This document shows positions 10,780-24,436 of a DNA stretch of 64,000 nucleotides, in pieces (the stretch's first letter is position 1; the number at the start of each line of letters is the position of its first letter). A program made the translations under genes and the position numbers. Origin of the DNA: Eledone cirrhosa (lineage: Eukaryota); assembly GCA_964016885.1 (NCBI GenBank), contig OZ024747.1:20584001-20648000 (forward strand), in the 5' to 3' direction. The notes beneath the pieces are model-generated. The model was not told the DNA's origin and ran no database searches. It saw only the letters and a program-made list of their open reading frames with translations.

Positions 10780-13700
10780 AACCTCTGCATATATCACCAA
10801 AGCCCGCAAGCTACACTTCCCCTCCCCCCCCCCCCCAATCCACCACCATCCGCCCATCCCCATACGCCCACCACTCTCCACCTCTCCCTCGATCCACACC
10901 CCTACCCAATCCCCCCACCGACCCCCCACCCAAACCCCACCCCTTGTTGTCACCATACCCCCTCACCTCCCCCTCTCCGCACCTGAGCGCTCACTCCTTA
11001 GTAGAGGCCTTCGCTTCATACCTCACACTCCGCATAGCGACGAGTTCCGCACCCGAACGGAAGTCGAGCGATTCGTGCGACGCACTAAGCTACAGGCACA
11101 TTTCGGCCGAGCGCCACCGGCTCCGGACGCCCCAGACCCGTTTCTCGCCCTGGGCCGACGACTATCTTCTTGGACGCCGGCCCCAGGGCAATTTAGTACC
11201 CTGGACGCCTTCGTCGATGCCAGGCGTAGCGCAGTAAATCGTTTCGACTTCCGCCACCGTTCCAAACGGTACAATATCACACGGGGCGAACTCCTCGCTC
11301 TCCGCTCCCTCCGTAGCCGAGATGACATCGTCATCAAACCGGCGGACAAGGGAGGCGCCGTAGTGGTGTGGCGCGCGGACCTCTACACGGCCGAAGCCCT
11401 CAGGCAGCTCTGTAACCCACTCTTTTACCGCCCTCTACCCTCCGATCCCACCCCCCTCTACCAACAACAAGTCTCCTCCACCATCAAAGACCTTATCGCC
11501 TCCTCCCTCCTCCCCCCACCGCTTCCCACCTCATCGTCCGCACCCCCCGCACCCCCACCATCTACTTCCTCCCCAAACTCCACAAACCCGACAACCCAGG
11601 CCGCCCCATCGTCTCCGCTTGCAACTGCCCCACCGAACTCATCTCCGCTTTTCTCGACTCCCTCCTCGCCCCCCCCCTTGACACCACCCTCCCCTCCCAC
11701 ATCTCCGACACCAACCACGCCCTGCGCCTTTTCGACTCCTTCACCTACCCACCCGGCCCACAGCCCTTCCTTTTCACCCTAGACATCAAGTCCCTCTATA
11801 CCGTCATCCCCCACGCCGACGGCCTACGCGCCCTCAAACATTACCTCGACCTTCGCTCCTCCCCCATTCCCTCCACCCCACACTCCTTCGCCTCGCCGAG
11901 CTGGTCCTCACCCTGAATTGTTTCTCCTTGTTGGGTGAGTTTTACCAACAGGTCACGGGGGTAGCCATGGGTACAAGAATGGACCCGAACTATGCCAACC
12001 TTTTTGTTGGCCATGTTGAGGCCCAAATCTTTGCCCAGTACACCGGCCCCACGCCCGAACTGTACGGTCGTTACATTGACGACTGCATCGGAGCCACTAC
12101 CCTCACCCGAGAACAGCTCGACTCCTTTCTCTCCTTCTTCTGCTCCTTCCACCCCTCCCTCCACTTCACCACCTCTATCTCCACCACCCACGTCCACTTC
12201 TTAGACATCTCCGTCGCCTTCGACCCCTCCCACCACTCCCTCGTCACCTCCGCCTTCTTCAAACCCACCGACTCCCACTCTTACCTCGACTTCACCTCTT
12301 CCCACCCCACCCACACTAAACACTCCATTCCCTACTCCCAACTTCTCAGGATCCGCCGCCTCTGTAGCCGAGATGCTGACTTTGAGTCCCAGGCCCTTTC
12401 CCTAATCAGCCATTTCATCCGCAGAGGTTACCCCCCCCTCTCGTCCACACCGCTCTCACCCGCGCCCGTGCTGTCCCACGCTCGACCACCCTCACCCCAC
12501 GCCCCTGCAAACCCACCCACCGTCTCCCCTTCCTCATCACCTACCACCCCTCCACCTTACCCCTCCACCGCACCATCCGCCGCCTCTTCCGACGCCTCCA
12601 GTCCGACCCCTCCACCTCCCACATCTTCCCAACCCCACCACTCCCCTCCTTCAAACGCGCACGCAATCTCCGCACCCTCCTCGTCCACAGCTCCCTACCC
12701 CCCAATCCACGCTCTGTTCCCCCCCCCCCGGTTCCTTTCCCTGTTCTAGCCCCGCTGCAACACCTGTCCCCACATCACCAACACCACCACCTTCCAGGGT
12801 CCCAACGGCCACTCTCTGTCTGTCCGGCATGCCTTCCGCTGCACCTCCTCCAACCTAGTCTACGGACTTATGTCGGACAGACGGGACGTCGCCTGGCTGA
12901 CCGATTCACTGAGCACCTCCGGGGTATTCGTCTCGTGGTAGTTCCCCCATCGCCCGCCACTTTGGTGGCCCTGGACATTCCGGACGCCATCTCACAGTCT
13001 TTGGCCTACTCCAGTGCCACGGAACACCCGCCAATCGCCTTACGGTCGAACAACGAACTATCTTCATCTTACAGACCCACACTCCCCCCGGCCTGAACTC
13101 CCCACCCTTATTCCTTTAGCCATCGACCGCCCCCTCCCCCCACACTTATCCCCCACTAACACCACTAACACACCCCTCCTTTTCACCGCCCACCCCACAA
13201 CTAACAATACTAACATCTCCACTACACCCCTCATCTGACCACCCTTCCCCAACTAACATACTAACATCCCTCCCTTCTTCTCCTCCTGCCCCCTCCTTAT
13301 CATACGCACACACCCACCGGCACATATATACACGCGCTCACACTAAACACACACCCTACTACCACCACTAACCCTCACGCCCACACCTCTCACCCTCACA
13401 CCTCCATCACACCACCCCGCAACTAACCCCACTAACACCCCCTAATCCCAAGCACACGAACACACGCACCCACTTACACCACCCACGCCACACACAACTA
13501 ACATCACTAACACCCCCAAACCCCACGCACACGTACCCACACACCCTCGTACACAACCAACTCTACACACCCTACCACCACTAACCCCCACTCACACCTG
13601 CATTCAACCCCTCCCCACCTCCCGTATACTAAGACCCACTAACACCCCTTCATCAAACTACACACACACCAGTACACCACACTCCCTCCATAGAACCACA

Positions 13701-14751
13701 CACACCCTTCTCTCCCCGCTCCACCCACACCCTCTCTCCACACTCACTCATCCCACTAACACCTCTACTAATACACACACACACACCCTCCACACTCCAA
13801 CTTTCACACCTACCCATCCTCGCCCCTTTACCATTCCACCGACTGCTGCTATGCCTTCTGACCACCTCCCAGCACAAACAGACACACAGCACTCCTACTG
13901 CTTGACCACTTCCTGTTGCGCGCGCACCCCTCATCTCTCCTCTTCCGACCATCGCTTCATGGAATACCCGCACGCAGAAATTGACCAACCCAGAATCCAC
14001 TAAACACCTTTGGAATTTACCTACTTTTCAACCATCCTCTTACGTAATCACCTATATAACTCACCCACACACACACCCAAAAAAAAAATTTTTCCCCACA
14101 CGCCACCTACACCCACAACACGCTTTAACCCCACACACACGTGCTTTCCACCACATATTTACACCCTCAGCCTCCTGATTCCTCCCCCCTCCCCACTCCT
14201 CTATCCACACACGCACAGACACTCCGCCCCCCCCCCCCCCCACACACACACACCTCTTCCTGAACATGCAACCCCGTTCTTCCCCCAACCCTTACTTTCA
14301 CATACACACACACACACGCACGTACACCTACACACACACACCACCTTCAGCCCTCCCCGCTCGGACACCCCATCTCCCTCTCCCCACTCCACCCGCCACC
14401 ACCCCTACACACCCCACACCCTTCCACCACCTGTTTTACCCCCCTTTTAATTTCAGTTTATTTTGATCATGCTTTTATATTTAAATTTATTTCCTTCCTT
14501 GTATTTTGATCATGCTTTATTTTTATTTTTATCTTTATTTTTTATTTTTTCATTCGCACCGTTTCCCTTCGCTATATGTCTCTCCACCACTCCCCTACAC
14601 ACCCTTTGAACTCTGTTCCCACACACTTCTCACCTGAGGAAGGGCTTATGTCCGAAACGTCGTCCCCCACCAACACCCCACTCTCCAGAGCGTGAAATTA
14701 TTAAACATTCGTTGTACTGCCTCTCTGTTTTGTCCCTGTTCAAATTTTTCC

Positions 14752-14752
<1 letters not shown>
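10780..14752 (+). mobile_element. Penelope-like element (Neptune-type), 5'-truncated, frameshifted, C-rich, long 3' UTR and terminal HHR
   Basis: IVIKPADKGGAVVVW, YFLPKLHKPDNPGRPIVSACNCPTE (shifted frame), TLDIKSLYTVIPH, GVAMGTRM, RYIDD, HFLD, SIPYSQLLRIRRLCS, RCNTCPH, YVGQTGRRLADRFTEHL (GIY-YIG); ends in (TA)n. Confidence 0.95.
14632..14663 (+). ncRNA. Minimal HHR core in PLE pLTR
   Basis: CTGAGGA-A-GGGC(TTAT)GTCC-GAAA-CG-TC; ACGT palindrome for stem III; stem I only 2 bp, so possibly defective. Confidence 0.6.
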
Positions 14753-14848
<96 letters not shown>

Positions 14849-15059
14849 CTCACAGTTATTCACAGTATTTTATACAAGTTCAAATGTATGGCTGTCAGGT
14901 TATACGTACGAACATTTCTCTATATATGCACTGAAAAGAATATGATATCACAGGTACGAATGTATACATGAGTACGCCCTCAAATATACTTCCATCGCCC
15001 AATATACAAATGTAAGAGCGGCACATATCTATATGACTGAAATTTCGATAGAAATCATA

Positions 15060-16392
15060 AATAATTGTTTCTACTTTTGGCACAAGTCCAGAAAATTACC
15101 CAGTGCATTACTGGTACTTTATTTTATCGACCCCGTAAGGATGAAAGGCAAAGTCAACCTCGGCGTGATTTGAACTCAAATGGTAAAGGGACGTAACTAT
15201 GCTGGAAAGTACGGTGTCCGACCCACTACCGACACTTCCAATCCACCGAAAAATAATTGTTTCTCCGTTAGGCACAAGGCCAGCAATTACTCAGTGCATT
15301 ACTGGTACTTTATTTGATCGACCCCGTAAGGATGAAAAGCAAAGTTAACCTCGGCGGGATTTGAACTCAGAATGGCAAGGGCCGTAACTCTATACGTCAA
15401 AGCATGACGTCCGACCCTCTCCCAATATTGCCAATCCACCGCCCTAAAATAATGATATCTACATTATTTATGAATATATAATATCGAAACGCTGTAATTT
15501 GTGGCGTGTAGAAAGGCAATTATATCAACTTCAGTACTTGACTTGTACTTTATTTTATCTACCGCAGGAGGATGACAAGTAAGGTTGACTTTGGCGGAAT
15601 TAACAATTCAGCCAATCGGCCAAGGTGGATGTTAAGGCAATTGTCTCTAATAATTGTTTCTACTTTTGGCACAAGGCTAACAATTATCCCAGTACATTAC
15701 TGGTACTTTATTTTATCGACCCCGTAAGGATGAAAGACAAAGTTAACCTCGGCGGGATTTGAACTGAGAATGGAAAGGGACGTAACTCTATGCCTCAAAG
15801 CATTGCGTCCGACCCTCTACCGATACTGCCAATTCACTGCCCAATTATTTCTAACAACGGTTTCTGATATAGGCACAAGGTCAACAAATTTAGAGAGAAA
15901 GGAAAGTTGATTCAAACGACCCCAGTGCTAAACTGGTACATTTTTTATTGACCCCGTAAGGATGAAAGGCAAATTAACCTCGGCGGGATTTGAACTTGCA
16001 TAGTAAAGGGCCGTAACTCTCTGCCAAAAAAGCATATTGCCCGACGCTCTAACGACAGCCATCCCACAGACCTAGTTGTTTCTAATAATTGTTTCTACTT
16101 TTTGGCACAAGGCCAGCAATCCCTCAGTGCATTACTGGTACTTTATTTTATTGACCCCGTAAGGATGAAAGGCAAAGTTAACCTCGGCGAACAATTTTGG
16201 TGGGAGGGAAAGTCGATTAAATCGACCCCCGTGCTAAACTGATGCTTTATTTATCGACCCCGTAAGGATGAAAGGTAAAGCTAACCTCGGCGGGATTTGA
16301 ACTCAGACCATAAAGGGCCGTAACTCTATACCACAAAGCATATTGCCCGATGCTCTACCGATATAGCCAACCCACAGACCTAGCTGTTTCTA
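15060..16392 (-). mobile_element. Head-to-tail array of ~7-8 family A SINE copies
   Basis: Repeated ATAATTGTTTCTACTTTTGGCACAAGG...CTGGTACTTTATTTTATCGACCCCGTAAGGATGAAAGGCAAAGTTAACCTCGGCGGGATTTGAACTC units of ~190-230 bp. Confidence 0.92.
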
Positions 16393-16759
16393 ATAATAAT
16401 CTAGTAATTACTATTGTATTTCTAGTTAATGATGTACAATATTGTACTTCCTGTTGGTATTGATGCTTTTGTAGTTACTGTTTGTTAATGTTTCACCTAA
16501 GGTTGAGCAGATCTGTGATTAATAACCATCCTCTCTTCAGCAATACATAATTCAATGTGTCTTGTTCTCATAGGTTAAGGTTAGATTTGATGGACATTCT
16601 GCTGCATTCTGTTGCTTTCCAGCAACCATTTAGAAGCTCCATCGGAAGCCAGGGTTATTAAATTTCTATCCTCACAATCGTTAAAGAATATATGGTATGG
16701 TAACTCTTTGGGGTCGTAGAAGCACCGTACTAACATTCGGAGTTTCTTGGGTATTTTTA

Positions 16760-16965
16760 GACCTTCCCCAGGCTTGAGTACAACAGATTTCTTCCAGAGA
16801 GGAAGAATCAACACCTGTAGTAGACGGATACTGTTTTTATCGACCTCGAAAGGATAGAAGGTAAAGTTGACCTCGGCGGGATTTGAACTCGGAGAGCAGA
16901 GAGTGGGAACGAATACCATAAACCATTCTATCCAACGTTCTAATAACTCTTCCCATTCACCACCT
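16760..16965 (-). mobile_element. Family A SINE with alternative 3' region
   Basis: SINE core at 16830-16965; adjacent TCTCTGGAAGAAATC (minus) also seen at ~51336 and, diverged, at ~1020 and ~51905. Confidence 0.6.
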
Positions 16966-17397
16966 CTAAAGAATATATACGTTTATGAAAACAAAAGAAG
17001 GGATAGGCATGGCTGGAATGCTTTTAATCATACGTAACTTGACCTAGGTCTCAAGGAACTTCATGAATAAAAGCAACAAAATCAATATCAAGTAAAACCA
17101 CAAAATCATAATAAACATCAACATTAACTGCAACATCATCAACAAATACAAGAGTAATTACTGCAAGAGTAGCAACAGTAACAAGAGCAAGAACAACAAC
17201 ATTATCGGCACCACCAGCAGCAGCAGCAGCAGCAGCAGAGCGAAGACTAAAGAGGAAGTCACCAATAAAAAATCATTTCTTTGTTTTAAAAGCTATTTCA
17301 GAAAATAGTTGTTGTTTGTTTTATTTTATTTTGTTTTGTTTCTTGTTTTGTTTTTCTATAAAAATATAGATGTTATTGTTATCGTTGTTTCCAACAT

Positions 17398-17447
17398 TGC
17401 TGCTGCTACTGCTGCTGCTACTGCTGCTGCTGCTGCTGCTACTGCTG

Positions 17448-17481
<34 letters not shown>

Positions 17482-17692
17482 GCCTCTTTATACAGTGGAT
17501 GTTACTTTTATTATTGCCGACGAATTTGTTTCTCGTATTTTTTTTTTTTAACTATTTATTTATATATTTATTTATTGCATCGTTTTTGTCGATGCTGCTG
17601 TTGTTGTTGTTGCTGTTGTTGTTGTTGTTGTTGTTGCTGTTGTTGTTGATGTCGTTGTTGATGCTGTTGTTGTTGATGTTGTTGTTGTTGAT
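17398..17692. repeat. (GCT)n and (GTT)n triplet repeats
   Basis: Direct reading. Confidence 0.9.
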
Positions 17693-18001
17693 GTTTGTTT
17701 TGAAGAATGTGTATTAAGTAATTTCGGAATCAATTTTTGTTAATGGAGATTTGTGTTTAGTTATAGTCACTTAAATGTACAGATTCGTGTGTTTGTAGGC
17801 GTGTGAGTGTGTTTGTAGATGTGTGTGTGTATTTCTCTCTCTCTCACACACACACACAGACACACTCTCTTTCTCTCTCTCTCTCTCTCCCTCTCTCTCT
17901 CTCTCACTCTCTTTTAGATGTTTGTGTAAGTGCGTGATTTTTAGTGAAGATAATAAACAGACATACATTTACACAGATACACACATACACACACACATAT
18001 G

Positions 18002-18072
<71 letters not shown>

Positions 18073-18559
18073 TCATTATTATTATTATTATTAAACGTCG
18101 CAGCAATTTTGTGTTCGAAGTTATTTCGAAGTCTGACTACAAGATTCTTGTTAAGAGTTCTTTAAGAACATGTCTATGTCTGCTAAACTGAAACTTTACT
18201 AATCAGATGATCGCAATTTTAATCTAAATGGGTTTTCTTAATCTAAAGATGACAATGAAAGTGGTGAATTTGCTGAGTCGCTAGACCGTAAGACATAAAA
18301 CCCACCGCCATTTATTCTGGCACTCAGCGCTCTCTGTTCGAAGACGACTGATGGCAATTTTGCTCATTTTGTTTATCAAAAAGATATATGTCCGAATCCG
18401 TAACACTTGGTAGAATCGTTATAATGTTATAAGTTATAATGACATACAGCGTTTCTCGGGCAATTTAGATTTCGCAAAGCCTATCCAGGTTTCATCATAT
18501 CGGATTACTTCCAGAGAAGGAGAGAAATAGGGATCGAGATGCAATGAGAAATTGATTCG

Positions 18560-18730
18560 GAGGATGATTCGAATCCAGTACTATACTGGTACTTTTGTAT
18601 AGTCTGCGAAATGTTGAAATGCGAAGGTGACCTCGGCGAATTAGGAGCAACAGAGAGAGCAGAGAACGGGAACACTTACAGCAAAGCTTTCTATCCGACC
18701 AACTAACGCCTATGTTAATTCACCGCCTCA
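18560..18730 (-). mobile_element. Old family A SINE
   Basis: ACTGGTACTTT...GGTGACCTCGGCGAATT...AATTCACCGCC. Confidence 0.55.
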
Positions 18731-18829
18731 ATAAAATATAAGATGTCGATGTATCAAAGTATCAGAGAATGGCTGTGAACTGACGTAATTAGTAGAATGA
18801 GTGTGGAATCACGAATGCCTGTCGTTTGC

Positions 18830-19260
18830 AACCAAAATCAGTGTACAAAGCCATGTTTTTCCCATAACTGGTGTCCAACAGTGGGACGTAGGCAATACTT
18901 GCTCATTATCTATGCAAATTAGAAGCCTTCCATCAACACTCTTCGCGTCAGATTCTTAAGATAAATAGTGGCACAAAAGGACGAATACAGAGGTTCTATG
19001 CCGTACAGAGTCAACTAGAGTTGAAACAATAATCTGAAAGAACCGTCTCAGTTGGCTCAGCTATGTATGCCGAATGAAAGAGAGTTGCATTCCAAAGCAA
19101 CACCTGTTTGGCGAAAAAAGTGGAGACCTTCCACAGAAGCGCCGGAAGGACTGCATTAAAGAAGGTCTGAACGTCTTCAGTTTCACACTCTAAATATGGC
19201 ACGAGCTGATTGCAGACCGCGGTGCCTGGAGGAAGCGAACAAAGAATAGCTGCGCTCTTT
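18830..19260 (+). mobile_element. Decayed RTE-clade LINE 3' fragment
   Basis: Manual translation: LEAFHQH..RQILKI..TNTEVLCR...NRLSWLSYVCRMKESCIPKQHLFGE...PQKRRKDCIKE...DRGAWRK. Confidence 0.8.
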
Positions 19261-19621
19261 CAGAAGCGCAACTTACCTAGTGATTGGAAAGGGCGTTAAA
19301 CACGATGTCCTACTGTTGACCTTGGTGGGATTTGAACTCAGAACGGAAACGGCTGTGACTAAATGCTCGAAGTATTTTGCTAATCCAACGCCGAATACCG
19401 ATGTGTTGCTTACCATAGTTCGTTGTTGGGGTTTAGTGGATAAGTCAGCTCACATTGAGTAGATCTGTTATAAAAAATATTCTGGACAATTATTTTGTTC
19501 ATTAGTTCAGATATAGTATATCGCGCGCATGTGTGTGTGTGTGTGTGTGTGTGTCTGTGTCTGTGTGTGTGTGTGTGTGTGTATACATGTCTGTGTTTTC
19601 AAGATGGTAAAATATGAATAG

Positions 19622-19925
19622 ATGATGGTGGTGTTGTTATGGCTGTTGCTGCTGATGAGAGTGGTAGTGGTGGTTGTGGTTGTGTTGAGGACGACAACAA
19701 CGACGGTGGCGCTTGTGTTGGTGTTGTTTTTTGTTGTTGTTGGTGGTGGTAATGGTGATGGTAGTAATGACGATACTGACGGCGACGATTATAATGATAA
19801 GAATGATGGTGTTGTTGTTGATGATGATGATGATGATGGTGATGGTGATCATCATCATCATGACGTCGGCAACAATGACGATGATCATGATGATGACGAT
19901 TACAGCGCTGAGGATTATAATAATG
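19622..19925. repeat. Low-complexity GTG/GAT/GTT triplet tract
   Basis: Direct reading. Confidence 0.8.
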
Positions 19926-20119
19926 CTCTGAATAGGATGATGTGGCACAAACAGATTAGACCCGATTCACATCGGCTATATCAAGAATAAACTATAGTTT
20001 TAATATAATAAATTGGAAATCAGATAAATGAATCAGTCTAGACAGAACGACAGGCAAATTAATGATAGCATTTACAATATGCCGAGTCAGCAGTAATAAT
20101 AATAATGATAATAATAATG

Positions 20120-20170
<51 letters not shown>

Positions 20171-21040
20171 GGCCAGGGGATGTCCAAGGAGGAAATAACA
20201 TCAAGGAGAAAAAGCAGCCTTCAGGAAAAATCCCTTCATAGTACCTTCTTTGAGAAAACTGAATTTAGAGATCCACAGACATGGAACTGGTTGAAAAGAG
20301 GAGACCTTAAAAAGGCTACAGAAGGAATGTTAATGGCCGCGCAGGAGCAGGCCCTCAAAACGAAGTGGTTGAAACACCATATTTACAAGGAGGAGGCTAG
20401 CCCACTGTGCAGGATCTGTGGAGAGAGAGAGGAGACTGTGGCTCACATTGCATCCGAGTGTAAACACCTAGCCCAGACTCACTATAAGGGCTAGAGACAT
20501 GATGTGATGGGCAGGGTGATCCACTGGCACCTGTGCAAAGTAAACAATTTACCACATTCTGAGAAGTGGTATGAGCATAAGCCAGAGTCGGTGATAGAAA
20601 ACGATCAGGTGAAGGTGCTGTGGGATTTTAGGATACGGACGGACAAGAAACTGGACCACAATAGACCTGACCTGGTGGTTGTGGACAAAGAAAAAAGATC
20701 GTGTCTGATTGTGGATGTGGCCTGCCCATTCGACACGAGAGTGCAAGAGAAGGAGAGGGAGAAAATTAACAGATACCAGGACTTAAAGTGGGAGGTAAAA
20801 AGGATTTGGAACTGCCATGAAGTCAAAGTGATCCCGATTGTCATAGGCGCACCAAAAGTTTACAGGGATGGTTAAAGAAAATCGGCCCCTTCACGCTTTT
20901 TGGAACGCCTCAAAAGGCATGCTTGCTGGGAACAGCAAGAACCCTCCGATACGTCCTGAATATCTGAGGCTGCAGGTAGTGGCTTGATATTCATTCCGAC
21001 GGACTTTCCAGTTAACTAACATCAATGACTGAGATTCAAG

Positions 21041-21041
<1 letters not shown>
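20171..21041 (+). mobile_element. R4/Dong-clade (restriction-like endonuclease) retrotransposon 3' fragment, family 1
   Basis: TEGMLMAAQEQAL, CRICGEREETVAHIASEC (CCHC), RHD, NRPDLVVVD...IVDVACP...EKINRY; (AAT)n on both sides. Confidence 0.92.
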
Positions 21042-21109
<68 letters not shown>

Positions 21110-21111
<2 letters not shown>

Positions 21112-24090
21112 TTAACATTATCATCACAAACAAAATAAACATTACTGACTTAAATCATCTCTATTATGCATCGGCTAAAGTCACCACTCACTTATGTGGA
21201 GTGAAGATGAAAAAACAAAGGAATTCCCACAAGAAATCTACTTGGCAAGATAACATCAATCGCCAAATAAACCTTCTCCGATCTGACATAGAAATTTTAA
21301 CAAACTATAAAGTAGGTGAACATGTTAAACAAACTAAACTTAGAAAATTGGAAAAAGAAGTACAGTATAAGATCAACATGTGACATAGACATGCTGATAG
21401 AAACAATCAAGCAAAAAGTGTCGGCCAAAGCTGCTCGTATAAGGCGCTTTGAAAAACGATCTAGATTCTATAAGGACAATAATATGTTCAAAAACAACCA
21501 AAGAAACTTCTACAGAAAAATTGGTAAGTCAACAATAACTGCTAAATCAATACCACCCAAGGAGGAAGTGCAAGAATTCTGGGAAAAGATCTGGGCCGAA
21601 GAAAAAGTTCATAACATACATGCCCCATGGATAGACAGACAAATGAAAGAAACAGCTCACCTTGAAGAACAAACATGGGAAAATATAACAGTTGAACAGC
21701 TGCGCTTGGCTCTAAGAAAAACCAGCAAATGGAAATCCCCAGGAAAAGACAAAATACAAAACTTTTGGATAAATGCCTTCACAGAGTCTCATGAGCTGTT
21801 AGCCCAACTTTACAATGAAATAGTTAAGGAGCCAGAAAAGATACCATCATGGCTAGTTAACGGCATTACATTCCTACTTCCAAAGAATGATGAGACAAAC
21901 AATCCCAAAAATTACAGACCGATAACTTGCTTGAGCACAATGTATAAAATTTTAACATCAGTTCTAACTGAAGATACATATGACCACCTGATAACAAATG
22001 ACCTATTTCCAATGAGCAGAAAGGGTGTAAATGAGGCTCATATGGCTGTAAGGATCAGCTTTTGGTTAACAAAATGATACTGGAAGATTGTCATAATAGA
22101 CACAAAAATCAATTGCTTGGATTGATTATAAAAAAGCATTCGATAGTTTGCCACACAGTTGGATTGATATATGTTTAGAGATTTTCAAAATATCTCCCGT
22201 TGTCAGGAGGTTCTTGTCATTCAGTATGAAGACATGGAAAACGACACTCCTTTTGAATAGTGAAAAGGAATCTCTGGAAGCTGGAGAAGTTAATATTAAT
22301 TGTGGAATTTTTCAGGGTGACTCTTTATCACCGCTTTTATTCTACATCGCATTTATACCATTAAGTAAAATGCTCAAAACATGGATATAAAGTCTATGAC
22401 AAAACCATTAATCACTTGTTCTACATGGATGACCTGAAACTATTTGCAAAAAATGATGAACAATTGCAAGGGCTATTATCCACTGTGGAGCAGTTCAGTG
22501 ATGACATTAAAATGGAGTTTGGACAAGATAAATGCGCCAAAGCAACGTTCACCAGAGGAAAGCTGCTGATGTGTTCAGACATTAATCTTGATCGGGGGGA
22601 ATGTGATAAGAGAACTTGATCAAGAGGAAACTTACAAATATCTAGGAATTTGTGAAGGAGACGTAATCAAGCACTCGACAATGAGGTAAAGGATAAGGAA
22701 GGAATGTTACCGCAGAGTAAGAGCAATCTTAAGAACGGAATTGAATGCAAGGAATAGGATAGATGCCATAAACACGCTTGCCATACCAGTAGTAACCTAC
22801 AGTTACAATGTCATCAACTGGTCTAGTACAGAGATCCGTAGGCTCGATACAAAAATTAGAAAATTTTTAACCATGCACATACAGATAGAATATATCTCCC
22901 TAGGAAAGAAGGAGGACGTGGGTTAATCCAGTTAGATATTGCGTTGAAAACTGCAACAATTGGATTATCTACATATCTAAGGGAATCACATGATTGGATG
23001 ATCAAACTCGTTTTGAAACACGAAAGCATCGAAAGATCATACTCCATTACAAAAGATGCACAAAGATACAGTAATGGACTACAAATTTCAGAAGTCCCAT
23101 TTACTGCTGAAATGGAAAACAGAAAAATCAAAGCAGGTAAAAGTAACTGCAAAGGAAGAACTGCTACAGAAACTGGCTAAGAAATGGCAAGAAAAGCCTC
23201 TGTATGGAAAATACCCAGAAAGAGCTAAAAATCCTGATGTTGACAAAACTTTAACCCATCAGTGGTTGGCATCCTCTGGACTGAAATTGGAGACTGAAGG
23301 ACTGATTATATCAGCGCAAGATCAGTGTCTGCCAACAAAAAATTACCAGGCCAATATAAAAAATGGATGCAACCCATTATGCCGTGTATGTAAAAAAACA
23401 ACCAGAGACTATTGATCATATAATTTCAATGTGCAGTCCTATAGCTCCAACCGAATACCTAAACAGGCATGACAGAGCTGCACAATACATACATTGGATA
23501 ATGTGTAAGCATTTTGACCTGCCCCATCAAAAGAATTGGTGGGAGCATCAACACCTCCCATACTTGAAAAAGATCACATCTCAATCTTGTGGAACTTTAG
23601 CATCCAAACAGACTGGAAAATAGATGCAAATAGGCCTGATATAATATTGATGGACTTTAAAAAGAGGGTATGTCTGCTAATTGATATGTCCGTTCCAATA
23701 GACAAGAATGTATCTATAAAAAGATTTGAAAAATTGAGCAAGTATAAGGACCTGGAGATAGAAATTGGAAAAATGTGGAAATTGAGAACTAAAACAATAC
23801 CAGTGGTTGTAGGCGCTCTAGGAATGATACCTAAGGGGTCTAATGATTACTTATCGTAGATCCCAGGAAACCCGCGTATAGGAGAAATACAAAAGATAGT
23901 ACTAATAGGAACTGCCCATATACTAAGGAAGATTCTGTCAATATAAGTACATCACAAGTCTAAACATCTAAAGATGCATGTGTGTGTATGTATGTTCTTT
24001 CTTGAACATGGCGGACCTTGTTGTCTCTTGAGGTCACTGGTTGTGACTTGGTGATAACTCGTATGAACATAAAGCAAGATAAATACAACT
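21110..24090 (+). mobile_element. R4/Dong-clade retrotransposon, family 2, frameshifted, 5'-truncated
   Basis: WKSPGKD, NYRPITCL, WIDYKKAFDSLPH, GIFQGDSLSPLLF, FYMDDLKLF, CRVC..ETIDHIISMC, NRPDIILMD...IDMSVP...KLSKY; bounded by (AAT)n. Confidence 0.95.
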
Positions 24091-24111
24091 ATAATAATAA
24101 TAATAATAATA

Positions 24112-24399
24112 ACCGATACCAGGACTTAAAGTGGGAGGTAAAAAGGATTTGGAACTGCCATGAAGTCAAAGTGGTCCCGATTGTAATAGGCGCACTAGGT
24201 ACTATCTCAAAAAGTTTCCAGGGATGGTTAAAGGAAATTGGCCCCACCACGCTTTTTGGAACGCTTCAAAAGGTATGCTTGCTGGGAACAGCAAGAACCC
24301 TCCGATACGTCCTGAATATCTGAGGCTGCAGGTAGTGGCTTGATATTCATTTCAACAAACTTTCCAGTTAACTAACATCAATGACTGAGACTCAAAGAA
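24112..24399 (+). mobile_element. R4/Dong family 1, short 3'-end copy
   Basis: Near-identical to 20769-21041 (RYQDLKWEVKRIWNCHEVKV...); (AAT)n on both sides. Confidence 0.92.
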
Positions 24400-24436
24400 C
24401 AATAATAATAATAATAATAATTGTTTCTACTACTGT

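Noticed and set aside
11458-11782. Pro/Ser-rich extensin-like protein tail
   Set aside because: Out-of-frame reading of the C-rich PLE RT after a frameshift.
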